From Narcine bancroftii (Eukaryota), in NCBI RefSeq assembly GCF_036971445.1, contig NC_091480.1, positions 84,072,001 to 84,136,000 on the forward strand: a stretch of DNA of 64,000 nucleotides, read 5' to 3'. A program made the position numbers and the translations under genes. Of this stretch, positions 24,936 to 36,760 are shown piece after piece (positions within the stretch are counted from its first letter, which is position 1; each line of letters begins with the position of its first letter). The notes below the pieces were generated by a model. The model searched no databases. It was not told the origin of the DNA and was given only the letters and a program-made list of their open reading frames with translations.

Positions 24936-25699
24936 CCAGTAAAGATACTGGGAAATGTATATTTTTGAAGCTATTGAGTGTATGAGATTATAGTTCCTTG
25001 AGTGCCAGAATGGGTCATTGTACTCCATTTGAAAGCAACCAGAATTTGGATCAACTGTTCTCATACATAATCACTGTTAAATATAGTTCAAGGCCGGAAG
25101 GACCTGTTACCAAACTGTATCTCTAAATCAAACTAAATTAAACTTTACATTTCTGAGTCGGACCTGGAGTACATTCTCATTTGCTGTTTCAGCAGAAATT
25201 GTTCTCTTCAAAAGGTGGCACTGTTCTCCAACACTGCTGCAGTTCACCTGTTTGCAATGAACGTAATAGTCTGAATGAAGACTCATGGGCAGGCTACAAA
25301 TATCAGAAGACTGTCTGGCACTGAGCTATTACTCACCATTTAAACCTGGAAATAAAGTGAACAGAGCGATCACTTTAAAACTGAGCACAAAATTGCTCTC
25401 TGCCATTTTAAAGACAATATTCTCTTTATTTTAAATTAAATTGTAGTTGCCTAAAATAAATGGGATTGATTTGATGTCATAAGGCCAAGGTATTAACATT
25501 GTAATATATTTCAATGTAATTTCCAGATTCTATACTCAACACTGCAATGGCCAGCATTGCTCAGGTTATTAAAGCCAGCAATCATGTTCGCATTGATTTC
25601 CAACCATCGTGTTTTATAGTAGAACTTGGAGTTTTCTCTTTGGAGTAAAGAAGGATGAGTGGAGACTTAATAGAGGTCTACAAGATTCTGAGACCCATA

Positions 25700-26415
25700 A
25701 GGTCTTTTCATATTCGGCCTCTGCATGGAGGCCAGCTTAAGGTATTTCTTACCTTTTCATGCAGGCCTAAAACCTGCTCCGATGTCCCCTTTCATCCTGG
25801 AGGTGTTGATGCGGCTTTCAGGAGATGTGGCTATTGGTGCCAATGCACCATACATACGCACTGTGCAATGGCTGACCTTGTTACCCATGATCCCCCACGC
25901 ACATGGAACCTCTCTGTGTTTCCCAGAACAGTTCCAACTGCGTGGGGTATTATGGGTAGGGTAGACGGCCACTGCTCTACCATGTATTGAGCCACTGGCA
26001 CTGATGAGTGGCCCTGAAGGACGAAGCTCCCTGGTGAGGTGCTAGAGGCTGGAGCAGCCAGCAGGGCTGTCACAACCTGCCCCCTGACAGCCTGGCCCCC
26101 GCTGCCCTGACGGCTCCCGCTGGCCACCCCTGCCCTGACTGCCTCCGCCCCTGCCCTAAGGAGGTCTTGGAGAGAGAGGGGTGAGTGAGGTGGGCTGTGG
26201 GCTGATGATGTCATCACGACGTCCTCAGACTGCCTCTAGCCAGCTGCTTGCAGTGGCATTACATTCATGCTATGCAGTCGAGCGCAGCGCTCCGCCACTG
26301 ACTCTTCCCCCAAGAGGGATTGCAGTCGGCGCCTTGGAGCTGGACAGGGTGCATTCATGGAGGTCAGTCTCCCGACGTAAGGGCGGAGAATCTCCACCTT
26401 TATACTCGGGCTTTT
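25700..26415. mobile_element. Non-autonomous DNA transposon (PIF/Harbinger-like) inserted in a CR1 fragment
   Basis: Imperfect terminal inverted repeats AGGTCTTTTCATA / TATGAAAGGGGCCT with TAA/TAT flanks. The CR1 sequence resumes on both sides. Confidence 0.55.
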
Positions 26416-27179
26416 TGACTGTATGAAAGGGGCCTATAGAAAAGGTGGAGCCAGCACCTTTTTCCCAGGGCAGGAAGAGAATTCCCAGGACAGGGGACAT
26501 CTCTTCAAAGAGAAGGGAGGAAAGTTCAGGGGAGACATTAGGAGTACGATTTTTTACATGGAGAGTTGTGGGTGCCTGGAATACCTTACCAGAAATGGTG
26601 CTGAAACATTAAGGGCATTTAAGAGACTCTTAGGCACGTGCATGAAAGAAAATAGAGGGTGGCGAGGTAGTAAATGTTTAGTCATTTTTTTTGTATGAAT
26701 ATATAGGGCAGCATAACATTGAGGGCTGAAGGGCCTGTACTGTGCTGTAATGTTCTATGTTAATTCTTCTTTTAAAATAAATAAAAGCTAACTTAGATAT
26801 ATAATTATTCCATGAGGTATATAATTAGGAACTTAAAATTATGCAAGTTAACTAAAGTTACCAATGAAAACATGCACACACTAAAAATAAATGCATCAAA
26901 TTGCATTTATTCTCATTAGGTACCTGGGCACAATGTGAAATTTTAATTGCTTCAGAAAATGCTATCTCTTTGAAACCAGTGAAAAAATGTATGGATTATT
27001 GTTATCACCAACTCTGGAGCAACCAACCCGACCAAGGGAAAAGCATTGAGTTTTACAATTAAGACTAACGATTTCTCGTGATTATGTTTGCAACAAGTTA
27101 TTCCTCATAGCAAACCTAAGTTGAAAACGGAAAGAAAGATTTTCCCGACGCACCAGGAACAATAAAAAGAAAGATTCCT

Positions 27180-27400
27180 TCGCCTCTTGGAGATAAAGAT
27201 ATATTACCTATGTTTCAGGCCTGAGCCCTTCTTCAAGGTTCAAGCAAAGAACAGGATAGGTTCTTTGGCTTAGACCTTGAAGAGGGGTCAGGCCCAAATG
27301 TCAGAATCTTTACCTCCTATGGATCTTGCAAGACCAGCTGAGTTCCTCCAGCATTTACTGTGTTTGTCTGGTGCAATCACAGCATTTGTGTTTCACTCTG
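27180..27400. repeat. Palindromic element made of two inverted Penelope-like 3' ends
   Basis: TGTTTCAGGCCTGAGCCCTTCTTCAAGG ... CCTTGAAGAGGGGTCAGGCCCAAATG inverted pair. Confidence 0.6.
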
Positions 27401-30027
27401 TAATAATTTCTTGGATAGCTCACTAAACCTGCCTCTTCCTCTCAGATGTATTCAGCTGACTGGTTTAAATTGTAGCTGACCTCCCACAGCAACTTGGTGC
27501 ACAAATTTTCCAATTCTCTTCATGGTTATGTCGACCAAGAGACCACCCTACAAATGAAACAAAGACTCTCTTGTTCAGTAGAGCTGATGCCATTCAATCA
27601 GGCAGCCGCTGAATATTTCAAATGAGTGGAACAGACATACTAAGCAAAAGCAACATAATGACACTGTAGAAGTTGCAGTTGTGTAAAATCTTAAGTGAGA
27701 CCAACAGTTAATTCAGCTGCTCAGTAAAAAGAAGTCAGATTAATATATCGTCAGGCAATCAATCTGAAAAGTTAACTTTAATTGTTCACTCCTCCTTATG
27801 CTGATCTGCTTAATCAATGCTTCAACTGTAAATATTAACAAGATTTTTGGAGATCACAGTTCCATGTGATTATAAACGGCTGTGAATGAGTTCCATTTTC
27901 CAATCACCACACTGTTGGGAAATTCGTTGTCCATCACCCCTTCCGTCCAACCCCAAACCTACCCCCTCCCACCACCTTTCTATTTCCCACCACTTTCAAA
28001 CGATGTCCTTCCAATTACGTGAACCTTGCGGTGAAGATCTTGCTGTATAAGGCAAGGAATGTGGTGTGGGAAGAGGGACAGTGCTTGAAATTTGTTATTT
28101 GATACCACAATGTTTCAGAATGTCTAGAAAACGTTGGAGACACTCTCATTGGCTGAGGCAGCCCGCTGCAACCTAGCAACTGCAACTTGTCAGATTGCAG
28201 CTCCGTTCGTGGATCTCTAAGAACCTGTTGTCCATAATGACAGTTCCTGTACTCATTGCCAAGTTCATGTATCAATGCCAGCTGGTGTCTCCAGCAAGCG
28301 TTGCCTTCTAATCTTGGATGGTTATTTTATTAACGGGCTATTGAAAACAAAGTACTGAAGGCATTCCTGAGGAAGTATTCAGTATTTCAGTTAATACACA
28401 AACAACTATTGAGAGAAATATTGCTGCCATATGGTGTGGACTGTGTAAGCCGGCTGAATTATACCCATTGGAAAGGAGGTATAAGAAATCAAGCACTTGT
28501 TGAACTGCCAAAAATTTTGGAGCACCCACATTACTATAAACAAACTATTTTAGGATCTTAATCAGTTACAATGAAGAAGCAAAATCTATCCAGTGGCTAG
28601 AATGCATGAGGTTTTAAATTTAAATTTAGACATCCCTTCTGGCCCATGAGCCCGTGCCGCCCAATTACATCCAATTGACCTACAACCCCAGCACTTTTTG
28701 AAGGGGTGGGGAGGAAACCGGAGCACCCTGAGGAAACCCACACTGACACAGGGAGAGTATACAAATTCCTTCCAGACGGCACTGGATTTAAATCCCGGTT
28801 GCTGGCGCTGTAACAGCGCTGCACTAGCCGCCACGCTTACTGCCACCCCCCGTGCTATCCATTCCGCCCCTTCTTAGAAGCCGCTGCTTGATATGCTGTT
28901 GTTTGTTTACTTGTGATCAATAACTTGTAACATTTCTTTAGAGGGTTGAAGTTTAAAAGCCTCCTTGAAATGTTTAGGATGCTATTTTATATTCTTTGTC
29001 CATTTAACCCTTGCAAGTCATTTTCCAAACCAGTGCATGAACATAGAACAGAGAACACTACAGGCCCTTCAGCCCTCAATGTAGTGCTGGCCTATATATT
29101 TCTATTTAAAAAAACCCCTTCCTACCTTGTCACCCTCTATTTTTCTTTCATCCATGTGCCTGTTTAAGACTCTCAAATGCCCCTAATGTTCCAGCCTCCA
29201 CCACCATCCCTGGCAATGCAATCCAGGCCCCCACAACTAAAAAAAAAAGTACCCCTGATGTCTCCCTTAAACTTTCCTCCATCTCTGAGTTTTAAAATAT
29301 TGCATTCTCTATTGTAACTCGTGAAAAATCAAAAGAATGTTGAAAAGCTGAAATAAAAACAGAGAATGTTGGAAATATTCAGCAGAACAAGCAGGAACTG
29401 TGGAAAGAGAAATAAAATTAATATTTAAGCCTCTTCATTAGAGCTGGGAAGGAGAGATAAAACAGGTATTTTAAGCTACAGAGAAGAATAAACAAGGCAA
29501 AGTTCTTTTCTCTGAAGATTATGAAGGGTATGGATATGATAGATGTAGGAAGGTTTTCTGAGCTGGCCGGGGAAACTAAAACGAGAGGACACAGCTTCAA
29601 GATTCGGGGGAGTAGATTTAGGACAGAGATGAAGAAAAATAGTTTTTCCCAGAGAGTAGTGAATGTTTGGATTTCTCTCTCCAGGGAAATGGTTGAGGCT
29701 GCCTCATTAAACATATTTAAAATTCGGTTAGATCAATTTTTACATGATAGAGGAATTAGGGGATATGGGGAGAAGGCAGGTAGGTGGAGTTAGGTCATAA
29801 ATTAGATCAGCCATGATCGTATTGAATGGCGGAGCAGGCTCGATGGGCCATTTTTGGCCTACTCCTGTTCCTACTTCCTATGTTCCTATTCCTCCGACTG
29901 GCATCAATGCAACTTAAATACCATTCCTTACCTATGTTTATAACAAAGTGTCCCTGGCCTAAAACATATGCAATCGCTGACTGTACTGCATTGTAACATG
30001 TACATATTTTTTGATGTGCACAAGGAA

Positions 30028-30072
30028 AGTGTGTGTGTGCGTGTGCGTGTGTGTATGAGAGAGAGAGAGAGA
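30028..30072. repeat. (GT)n(GA)n microsatellite
   Basis: Read directly from the sequence. Confidence 0.9.
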
Positions 30073-30869
30073 GTGAAATCCTTTGATGCAGGGATTGGAT
30101 GTGATTCTTTGCTACCCGTGAAATAAAGTCCTCATGCTGTCAAAGGAAGTGGAGAAAGAAGAACTGCTGTTGTTGGAATCTTGAGCACGGAGGAGATCGA
30201 GGGACTCAACACATCAGTCAGCATGTATTAAGAGAAGTCGTCAAAGTTTTGTGCTGGGACCATTTGGTGAGGCTTCAGTTCCTCTGTGTTGTAAGAAGTG
30301 CCTTGTTAAGGTGCAGTGTGAATATCTGAATTGCATGTGCATTTTCCCTTTGTTTCTTGGAAACATAGTACTCCATCACTGTGGAAATCAACTATTTTGG
30401 CTCTTACACGGTTTTTTTTTGCAAAGGTTCTGAAAGAGAATAAACACAGGATTTTCAACCCTGTCTTATTATTTCATATGAAAAGGGAGAAATATCACAC
30501 AAACCACGTGAAATATAGGTTACTGCGATGAAGTATGTGAGTCGCTCCAATTTTAAATGAGAGATTCCAACATAATAGAGGGAAATTGTCATTTTCAAAA
30601 GTCAGTAATTAAAATTTAGAATTAGCAATTCAAAATTAGTCATAAGACATAGGAGCAGAAATAGGCCATTCAGCCCATCGAGTCTGCCCTGCCATTTATT
30701 CATGAGCATTTCCATCTTCTCACTCAACCCCGCTGCCTGGCCTTCTCCCCATAACCTTTGATGCCCTGGCTAATCAAGAAGTTATCAATCTCTGCCTAAA
30801 TACACCCCATGGCCTGGCCTCCACAAAAGCCTGTGGTAACAAGGTCCACAAATTTACCACCCCTTCGAT

Positions 30870-31237
30870 CAGTGGTTCTCAACCTTTTTCTTTCCACTCA
30901 CATACCACTTTCTCTACACCATTGGGACTCTGTGATTAGTAAGGGATTGCTTAAGGTGATATGTGAGTGGGAAAGGAAGGTTGAGAATCATTGCTCTTGA
31001 CCCAATTGTTACTGAAATATTTTGCTTGAGAAAAATTGTCATTGGCCCATTTCCTTTGGAGTTATGGAACCGTGCACATAACGAGTCAATGAGGTACGAT
31101 TAAAACAGTGGTTTTCAAACTTTTTCTTTCCACCTACATACCACCTTGAGCAATCCCTTACTAATCGCAGAGCACCAATGGCATAGGGAATACTTAAAGT
31201 GGTATGTGAGTGGAAAGAAAAAGGATGAGAACGACTC
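30870..31237. mobile_element. Composite hAT-type MITE pair (copy 3), 8-bp TSD CCTTCGAT/CCTTAGAT
   Basis: The TSD (7/8 match) flanks the whole two-unit structure, which sits inside a CR1 3' fragment. Confidence 0.8.
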
Positions 31238-33901
31238 CCTTAGATAAAGAAATTCCTACGCATCTCCATTCTAGGCAGACACCCTTCAATCCTGAAGTTG
31301 TGCCCTCTTGTCCTAAACTTGACCACAAAGCCATTCATTCCATCATCTAAATCAGAAATATGTAGCATAAAAAGAAATGGCCCCAAAACAAACTCCTGTG
31401 GAACACTACAAGAAAATAGCAGCCTGAGGAAGGGCTCAGGCTCAAAACATTGGTAATATATCTGTACCCACTCTGGACGCTGCAAGACCTGCTGTTCCCC
31501 AAGCATTCTGTGTTTTACTCAATGATTCCTGTATACTCTTCTTCCTGCCAATCATCCGATGTTCTACCCACATTAGTATGTTTCCTGTTATACCATGGGC
31601 TCTTTTAAATAGAATTTTCTTGTAGCAGTTATTTGAATAAGGTTTGAATAAACTTGTTTGAATAAAATGATGTTGCCCTAATGCTGCACGCCATTGGGGG
31701 GTAATTCTCTTAAAGTGTCTCCTTATCCCTGCTTGGTAAGAGTCATCCCAGTCAGAGGCTTTATCTGTAAACTGGGGTGTGTGTGTGGGGGGGGGGGGGT
31801 AATTATATATAATTATAATTCATCTTTATTATAATATAATTCATCTTTCGGGTGGCTCCATGGAGGGGGAGGAACCTGCATATGCAGCGACGGTTAAATG
31901 TTTTCAAAGAAGATGGCTGAAAATAAAATAAAATGTTTTAAGGTTTATATATGCATTTGTACAAGTACTGAAAAGTATTTTTGTCTTTTGTCTTTGAAAC
32001 TGTTTATTCTTAAAGCAGGTGTATTCGTTAGGTATTATAAGAGTAAGTCTCAAGCAACCGGAAAATACACTTATCCCACATATACCAATCACCATAGGTG
32101 CGGCATATCAGGGGTTTTACTGTAATTCTAAAACATGTAGAGTTTCCTAAGATAAATGTTTGGAAATTTCTTACCCTGACACTTGGTTATTCCAGTCTTT
32201 GAGATGAATAGAATGTAAGAGGAATCTCCACAGAAGTCTTAAATGTGAACCCTTAGGATCGAAAGGGGTGTCACTTGGTTCCCAAAACTGAACAACATTT
32301 GACAAACATTCTGAACAGAGTCCAAATGCTCCAACCCTTGAAGGGGATCTTTTTCAAATCAGCCCTTTTGGTTTTTCTTTTGCAAAATTCAAAGAGATTG
32401 GTAGTTGAGCTTTAAGGTCCCCAAATTCAGCAAACAATGGGCCTCACAGCTTTTCCTCAACTTTACCCAATCAGTCAGAGAGTTTTTAAGATCCCCAGGT
32501 TATGAACCACAGCCAAAAGAAGTGCAAACCTCTAACCAAAGTAAATCCAAATAAAGAGACTCACATTAGAAGCCATCTAGATATTTACATATTAATTTGG
32601 TTCGGTTCCAACTCAAAGCCTATCTAGAATAAAACATTTTGTTGTACAGACTTGGTTCCTTATATAGCACTAAGCTTCAATGTATTCAACTGACAATGCT
32701 GCAATAATACACTCTGGCTTAGTAGATGAAATGTATTTTTTTTTAAAAACAGTCATTTTATAATTTGTCATCTCTGACCTTGTCCTTAATCTTTAATCAA
32801 ACTCTTTTTCTACACAGCAATTAGCCTTTAAAAGGTCCAACATGACCAAAGCAACATAATAATCTATGTCACATTACAGAACACCCAGGCATTTCTCTGC
32901 AATGTTTCTGCAACTTCTGCACATGTAAATGACTTTCAGGACATCACCCTTGTGCCCTTAGTATTGCACCCTTAGTATGGGTGGCCCTGATTGAAAGTGA
33001 CCCATGAAACAAACTCCACAACAAAATACTCAGGAGAGGTGCAGATTTTTGTCAATTATTTTATTAAAGCCACATAATGAAATGTTGCAACTTACACAAT
33101 GACAAGGAACTCAATCACCGCCAATTCTTTCACATACATTTTATTCATCTCATACTGCTTGCTTAACAAAAATACTATGAATAAGAATAAATACATAGCA
33201 CTTCATATCTTAAATCCATGCATCCACCCAAACATTCTTACCATGAGAAATGACCTTAGAGTTAGCAGTTGAACACTTATCATTTAGAAAGGAAGCACAT
33301 TCTTTCACTTTACAATCTGGGCTAGTCATTGGGAAAAGGTAGGGTACCATCTCCTGTTGTAATTTGCAATATTCCTTGAAGAGGTAATGGCACAACCTTT
33401 TACATCCAGCTCTGAGTTGGAATGGATGAACCATTCTTTACTGTGGAGCATCCAAGTTCTGATTTCAACTCTGTCCAGGAATTGCTAGTGTAGGGACTCG
33501 GGTCCAGTCCTAAAGAAGAATAACATCTCCTCGAGTGATTCCCGTGAGGATTCTGTCACCAGTGGTGGACTGGAGCCACATGTCACAGGAAGGGAGGGAG
33601 GCTGGAAAGAGAAATGTCAGAAGGAGCAGGAGAGCTGAGGGAGGTTGATAAGTAAGTGCCAAGGCAGGCAGGAGTCCTGCTCCAGGAGAGAAGAAACAAA
33701 AAAGCTTTTTTTTAAATTGCCTGGGTTGCCGGTGGCCTTAGTTGTTGCTGTATTGAGGCCAATTGACCACAGTTGGACCTGGAGTTAAAATTGCAATGGC
33801 ATCCCTGGATCATGATTAGGTTGTGCCTTTGTTATATTTAAATGAAAAGGGGGACTTTCTTTACACGAATTCTGGCTGGTTAAAATTAAATACAAGATGC
33901 C

Positions 33902-34141
33902 TGTGATAGTACAGATCTATCACCAATGTACATAGTGTATATAGTTACTGTATCTAGACTGTGCTTACAGCGATTGGCTGAGAGCTAAGCCACACCTATT
34001 GTCTGGGCCTTAAAGGGTTGTGTCCCTAGCCAGGTCGGATCATTCCGGACTGGTCGGCCACCTGCGAAGAGCTCCTGTCTTTTGCTAATAAAAGCCTTGG
34101 TTTGGATCAACAAGTCTTTGGTTCTTTCGACAAGCTCTACA
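33902..34141 (+). mobile_element. Solo LTR (240 bp), 5-bp TSD ATGCC
   Basis: TGTGATAG...CTCTACA; ATGCC at 33897-33901 and 34142-34146; same family as 3142-3354. Confidence 0.92.
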
Positions 34142-34693
34142 ATGCCATACTGACTGAAACCCCAATTTCCAACCATATTGGCCACCAGCCAACATGTATT
34201 TCATTAGATGTCTGGTTATGTGTGGATGAATATCTGGTATGTTAGTTGTGGTACACTAGGGAAACAACATTGTGATCTACTTTCAAAGAGACAGTTAAAA
34301 TTATCCAAATGCTTTCCATTTTAAAGTTTTAGGCAATCAATACTTTTACAATATATCAAGAGCACTTGTTCAGCAGATAGTTTAATAGAGTGTCTATTTA
34401 TTTTTGAAACATTTACAACAATGGAGAGAGAACTATAGTGAAAAAGGATTAATATTTACCCTCTTGTTATTGTGAGTAAATCATTTCCAGGAAACACATG
34501 GTTGGAATAATTCCTCGCAAACTCCAGCTGGATTTTGTTTCACTTGATTTATCGACCTGTCTCGTTTAAAAACAATGAGTGAGGTTTGAGTAGAAAATTG
34601 CCAAAGTTTTGGTGTACTGTTCATAAACCTGTTAACTGTAGGTTGATTCCAAAGGAGCTTCAAAACAGCAGAGACTGCATTTCATGACACAAT

Positions 34694-35205
34694 CTACAGA
34701 GGCTTCTTCTCCTGTATATTTAGAACCTGTGACACACAGAATGGGATGAGAGCTGCTGCTGCCAGAGGCACGGCAGCACTTTTGCAGAAGGACAGGAAAT
34801 AAAACAGGAATTCCCTTTGCGTTGGGGGCTTCACAGAGTCAAACAGGTGCAGGATGATCAGGGAGGCCACAATGCAACTTATTCTGAAGCAGAACTGCTG
34901 GCCCCTCTTCCCTTTGCAGCTCTCGGCATAAATGGGTGAGTTCAGAGCTAATCCCAGTCCGAACAAGGTGCCCATGTTCCTGACCAGCCCAGCGAAGGGT
35001 GTGGTGTCAATATGGATCCATTCTGCTCGGGCGCACCATCTCTGGGCTTTCTCCACTGACCACAGCAGGTCGACTCCCAGAACTTTCAACAACAGATAGA
35101 AGCCCAGAGCAAAGGAGAACAGGAAGAGGGTGATCTGCAGATAACTCTTGAGGTTTGCTTTGTAGATTGAATTAATCCGGCCAAACACTTCAGCCACAAC
35201 CATGC
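34694..35205 (-). CDS. G6PC1: Glucose-6-phosphatase catalytic subunit 1, copy A, exon 5 (512 bp)
   Basis: TTCAG|GC ATG GTT; [13 protein letters not shown]; ends EKKPL* (KKxx ER-retrieval motif). Confidence 0.93.
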
Positions 35206-36644
35206 CTGAACACAAAATAGGGCAAAAGATGTCACTGAGGAATTTCAATAAATAACCTCAAATATAGACCTGGAGCAAAATATGGTTTCTGTGATGAATT
35301 CAGGTGAAAAGATATGATGCACAGTTGCCTTTATTGGGCTTAAACTGCATTTAGCATTTCTACGAAACCAGAACCAATAAAGAAAAAAAACACAATTACT
35401 CTATCTTTTCTGGAAGATTGCTGTAAGAATTAAGTCTAATCTATTGTGCTTGGTTAAAGAACATTAACAATGTATAAATTATGAAATTCAACTTCTATCC
35501 AAAATAGCTGCAAAATGACCAGGGGGTTGGAGGGATATAGGCAGAGTGCTGGTAAGTGGGATTAGAGGAGGGGAATTGGACCAGTGTGGACTAGAAGGGC
35601 CAAATTGGCCTGTTTCCGTGCTGTAATTATTATATGGTTATGGTTCTATGGAAAACCTGCACGAACGTCTCAATAGCTACCAGTGGATTGGGAATGGCCA
35701 AGTCAATCCAACTCCCCAACTGGAGAAGTTGGAATATCAGGAAATTTGCAGCAGATTGGGTCGGGGTTGGTGGAGGTGTTAAGTGGGGATGGGGTTGTTG
35801 GAGATGTGATTGGGGGAGCTCTGGATGCATCAACAAAGGAGCAGTGTATTTTGCTGGACTGTTTCAGTGACCAAGCACCGAGTTGGGCCACATTGTTGAA
35901 GAGTTTCATTTATTAATATCAAAAAAATGTAATCATCAATGGAAAATAATTTTACTCAAAGTAAAAAGCACATGAGGAATGTAACATATTAGAGTAGGCA
36001 TCACAAGGTAATTTATTTATTGTCCATTATCGAGCACATACAGCTGATCAATATAAAATCCTGATCTTATGCTTATTCAAGTTTTAAATTCTGTTGTAAA
36101 CTTCATTGGGCAGGAATAGCAAATACTAGGGGATATTTCTACAAAGTGAAGGGAGGGAAGTTTAGGGGAAAGATCAGGGATACGTTTTTCTTTTACACAT
36201 GGTTATGGGTGCCTGGAAGGCCTTGCCAGGGATGGTAGTGGAGGTTAAATCATTAGGGGTATTTAAGGGACTTAGGCACTTGGATGAAAAGAAAATAGAG
36301 GGTTACAAGGTAGGAAGGGTTTAGTATGTTTTTGGTAGGAACATATAGATCAGCACAACATTGAGGGCCGAAGGGCCTGCACTGTGCTGTAAGGTGGCCA
36401 TTCCAAAGGAGGACGTGGTCATCAGTTAGCATATATTATTATATAAACATGTGTAGAGAGAGAGAGAGAGAGAGAGTGAGGGGGGGGAGAGATATACATA
36501 CATGGTGTATTTAAAATATATATATCGATATTTTTTAAGATTTAAACAGTATTGAAAAAACATCAACTGCAAACATACTGTACATTTGGAACGGCCACCA
36601 TTTTATGTTCTATGTTTAATGAACTTTGTGCACTGGAGACTGAC

Positions 36645-36760
36645 CTGAAAGGACTCCCAGTAAAACTTGATGAGGAAAGTGTGTGGCCACAAACACTCTT
36701 GATAAGCAGACACAGAACTGAATCACCCAGAATATTGTCCAAAGTCCAGCACGAACACAT
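36645..36760 (-). CDS. G6PC1: G6PC1 copy A exon 4 (116 bp)
   Basis: TTACAG| ...CVCLSRVFVATHFPHQVLLGVLS G|GTCAG; phosphatase motif SR...HF.HQ. Confidence 0.92.

Larger units (their letters stand above)
21150..27700 (+). pseudogene. Highly decayed tandem paralog of the copper amine oxidase gene
   Basis: Collinear manually translated remnants: KREETKIIILEA (21224), DVSG (21725), RKVIYN/QYY (21771), IRY/QIAY (21935), NASCLFCTA*GI (22196), D-I-F/H-S-N (22359), GTK..P(R)Y (23800), IISWIA (27403), RPPYK*NKDSLVQ/RADAI (27540). Many stops and frameshifts. Confidence 0.7.

Noticed and set aside
25020-25065. Exon-3-like remnant of the AOC pseudogene (SI..NQN.W..TV)
   Set aside because: The position fits, but the match is too short and frameshifted to count as evidence without an alignment.
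26001-26027. Hammerhead-like CTGATGAG...GACGAAG next to a hairpin
   Set aside because: It has GAAG rather than GAAA, and the base at the predicted cleavage position is G, so there is no NUH triplet.
31766-32878. Possible long solo LTR (TGTAA...TTACA)
   Set aside because: No TSD and no second copy in the window to support the boundaries.
33902-34141. Solo LTR lying within the G6PC copy A 3' UTR
   Set aside because: A minus-strand AATAAA at 34397-34402 could end the transcript before the LTR; this cannot be decided without RNA data.
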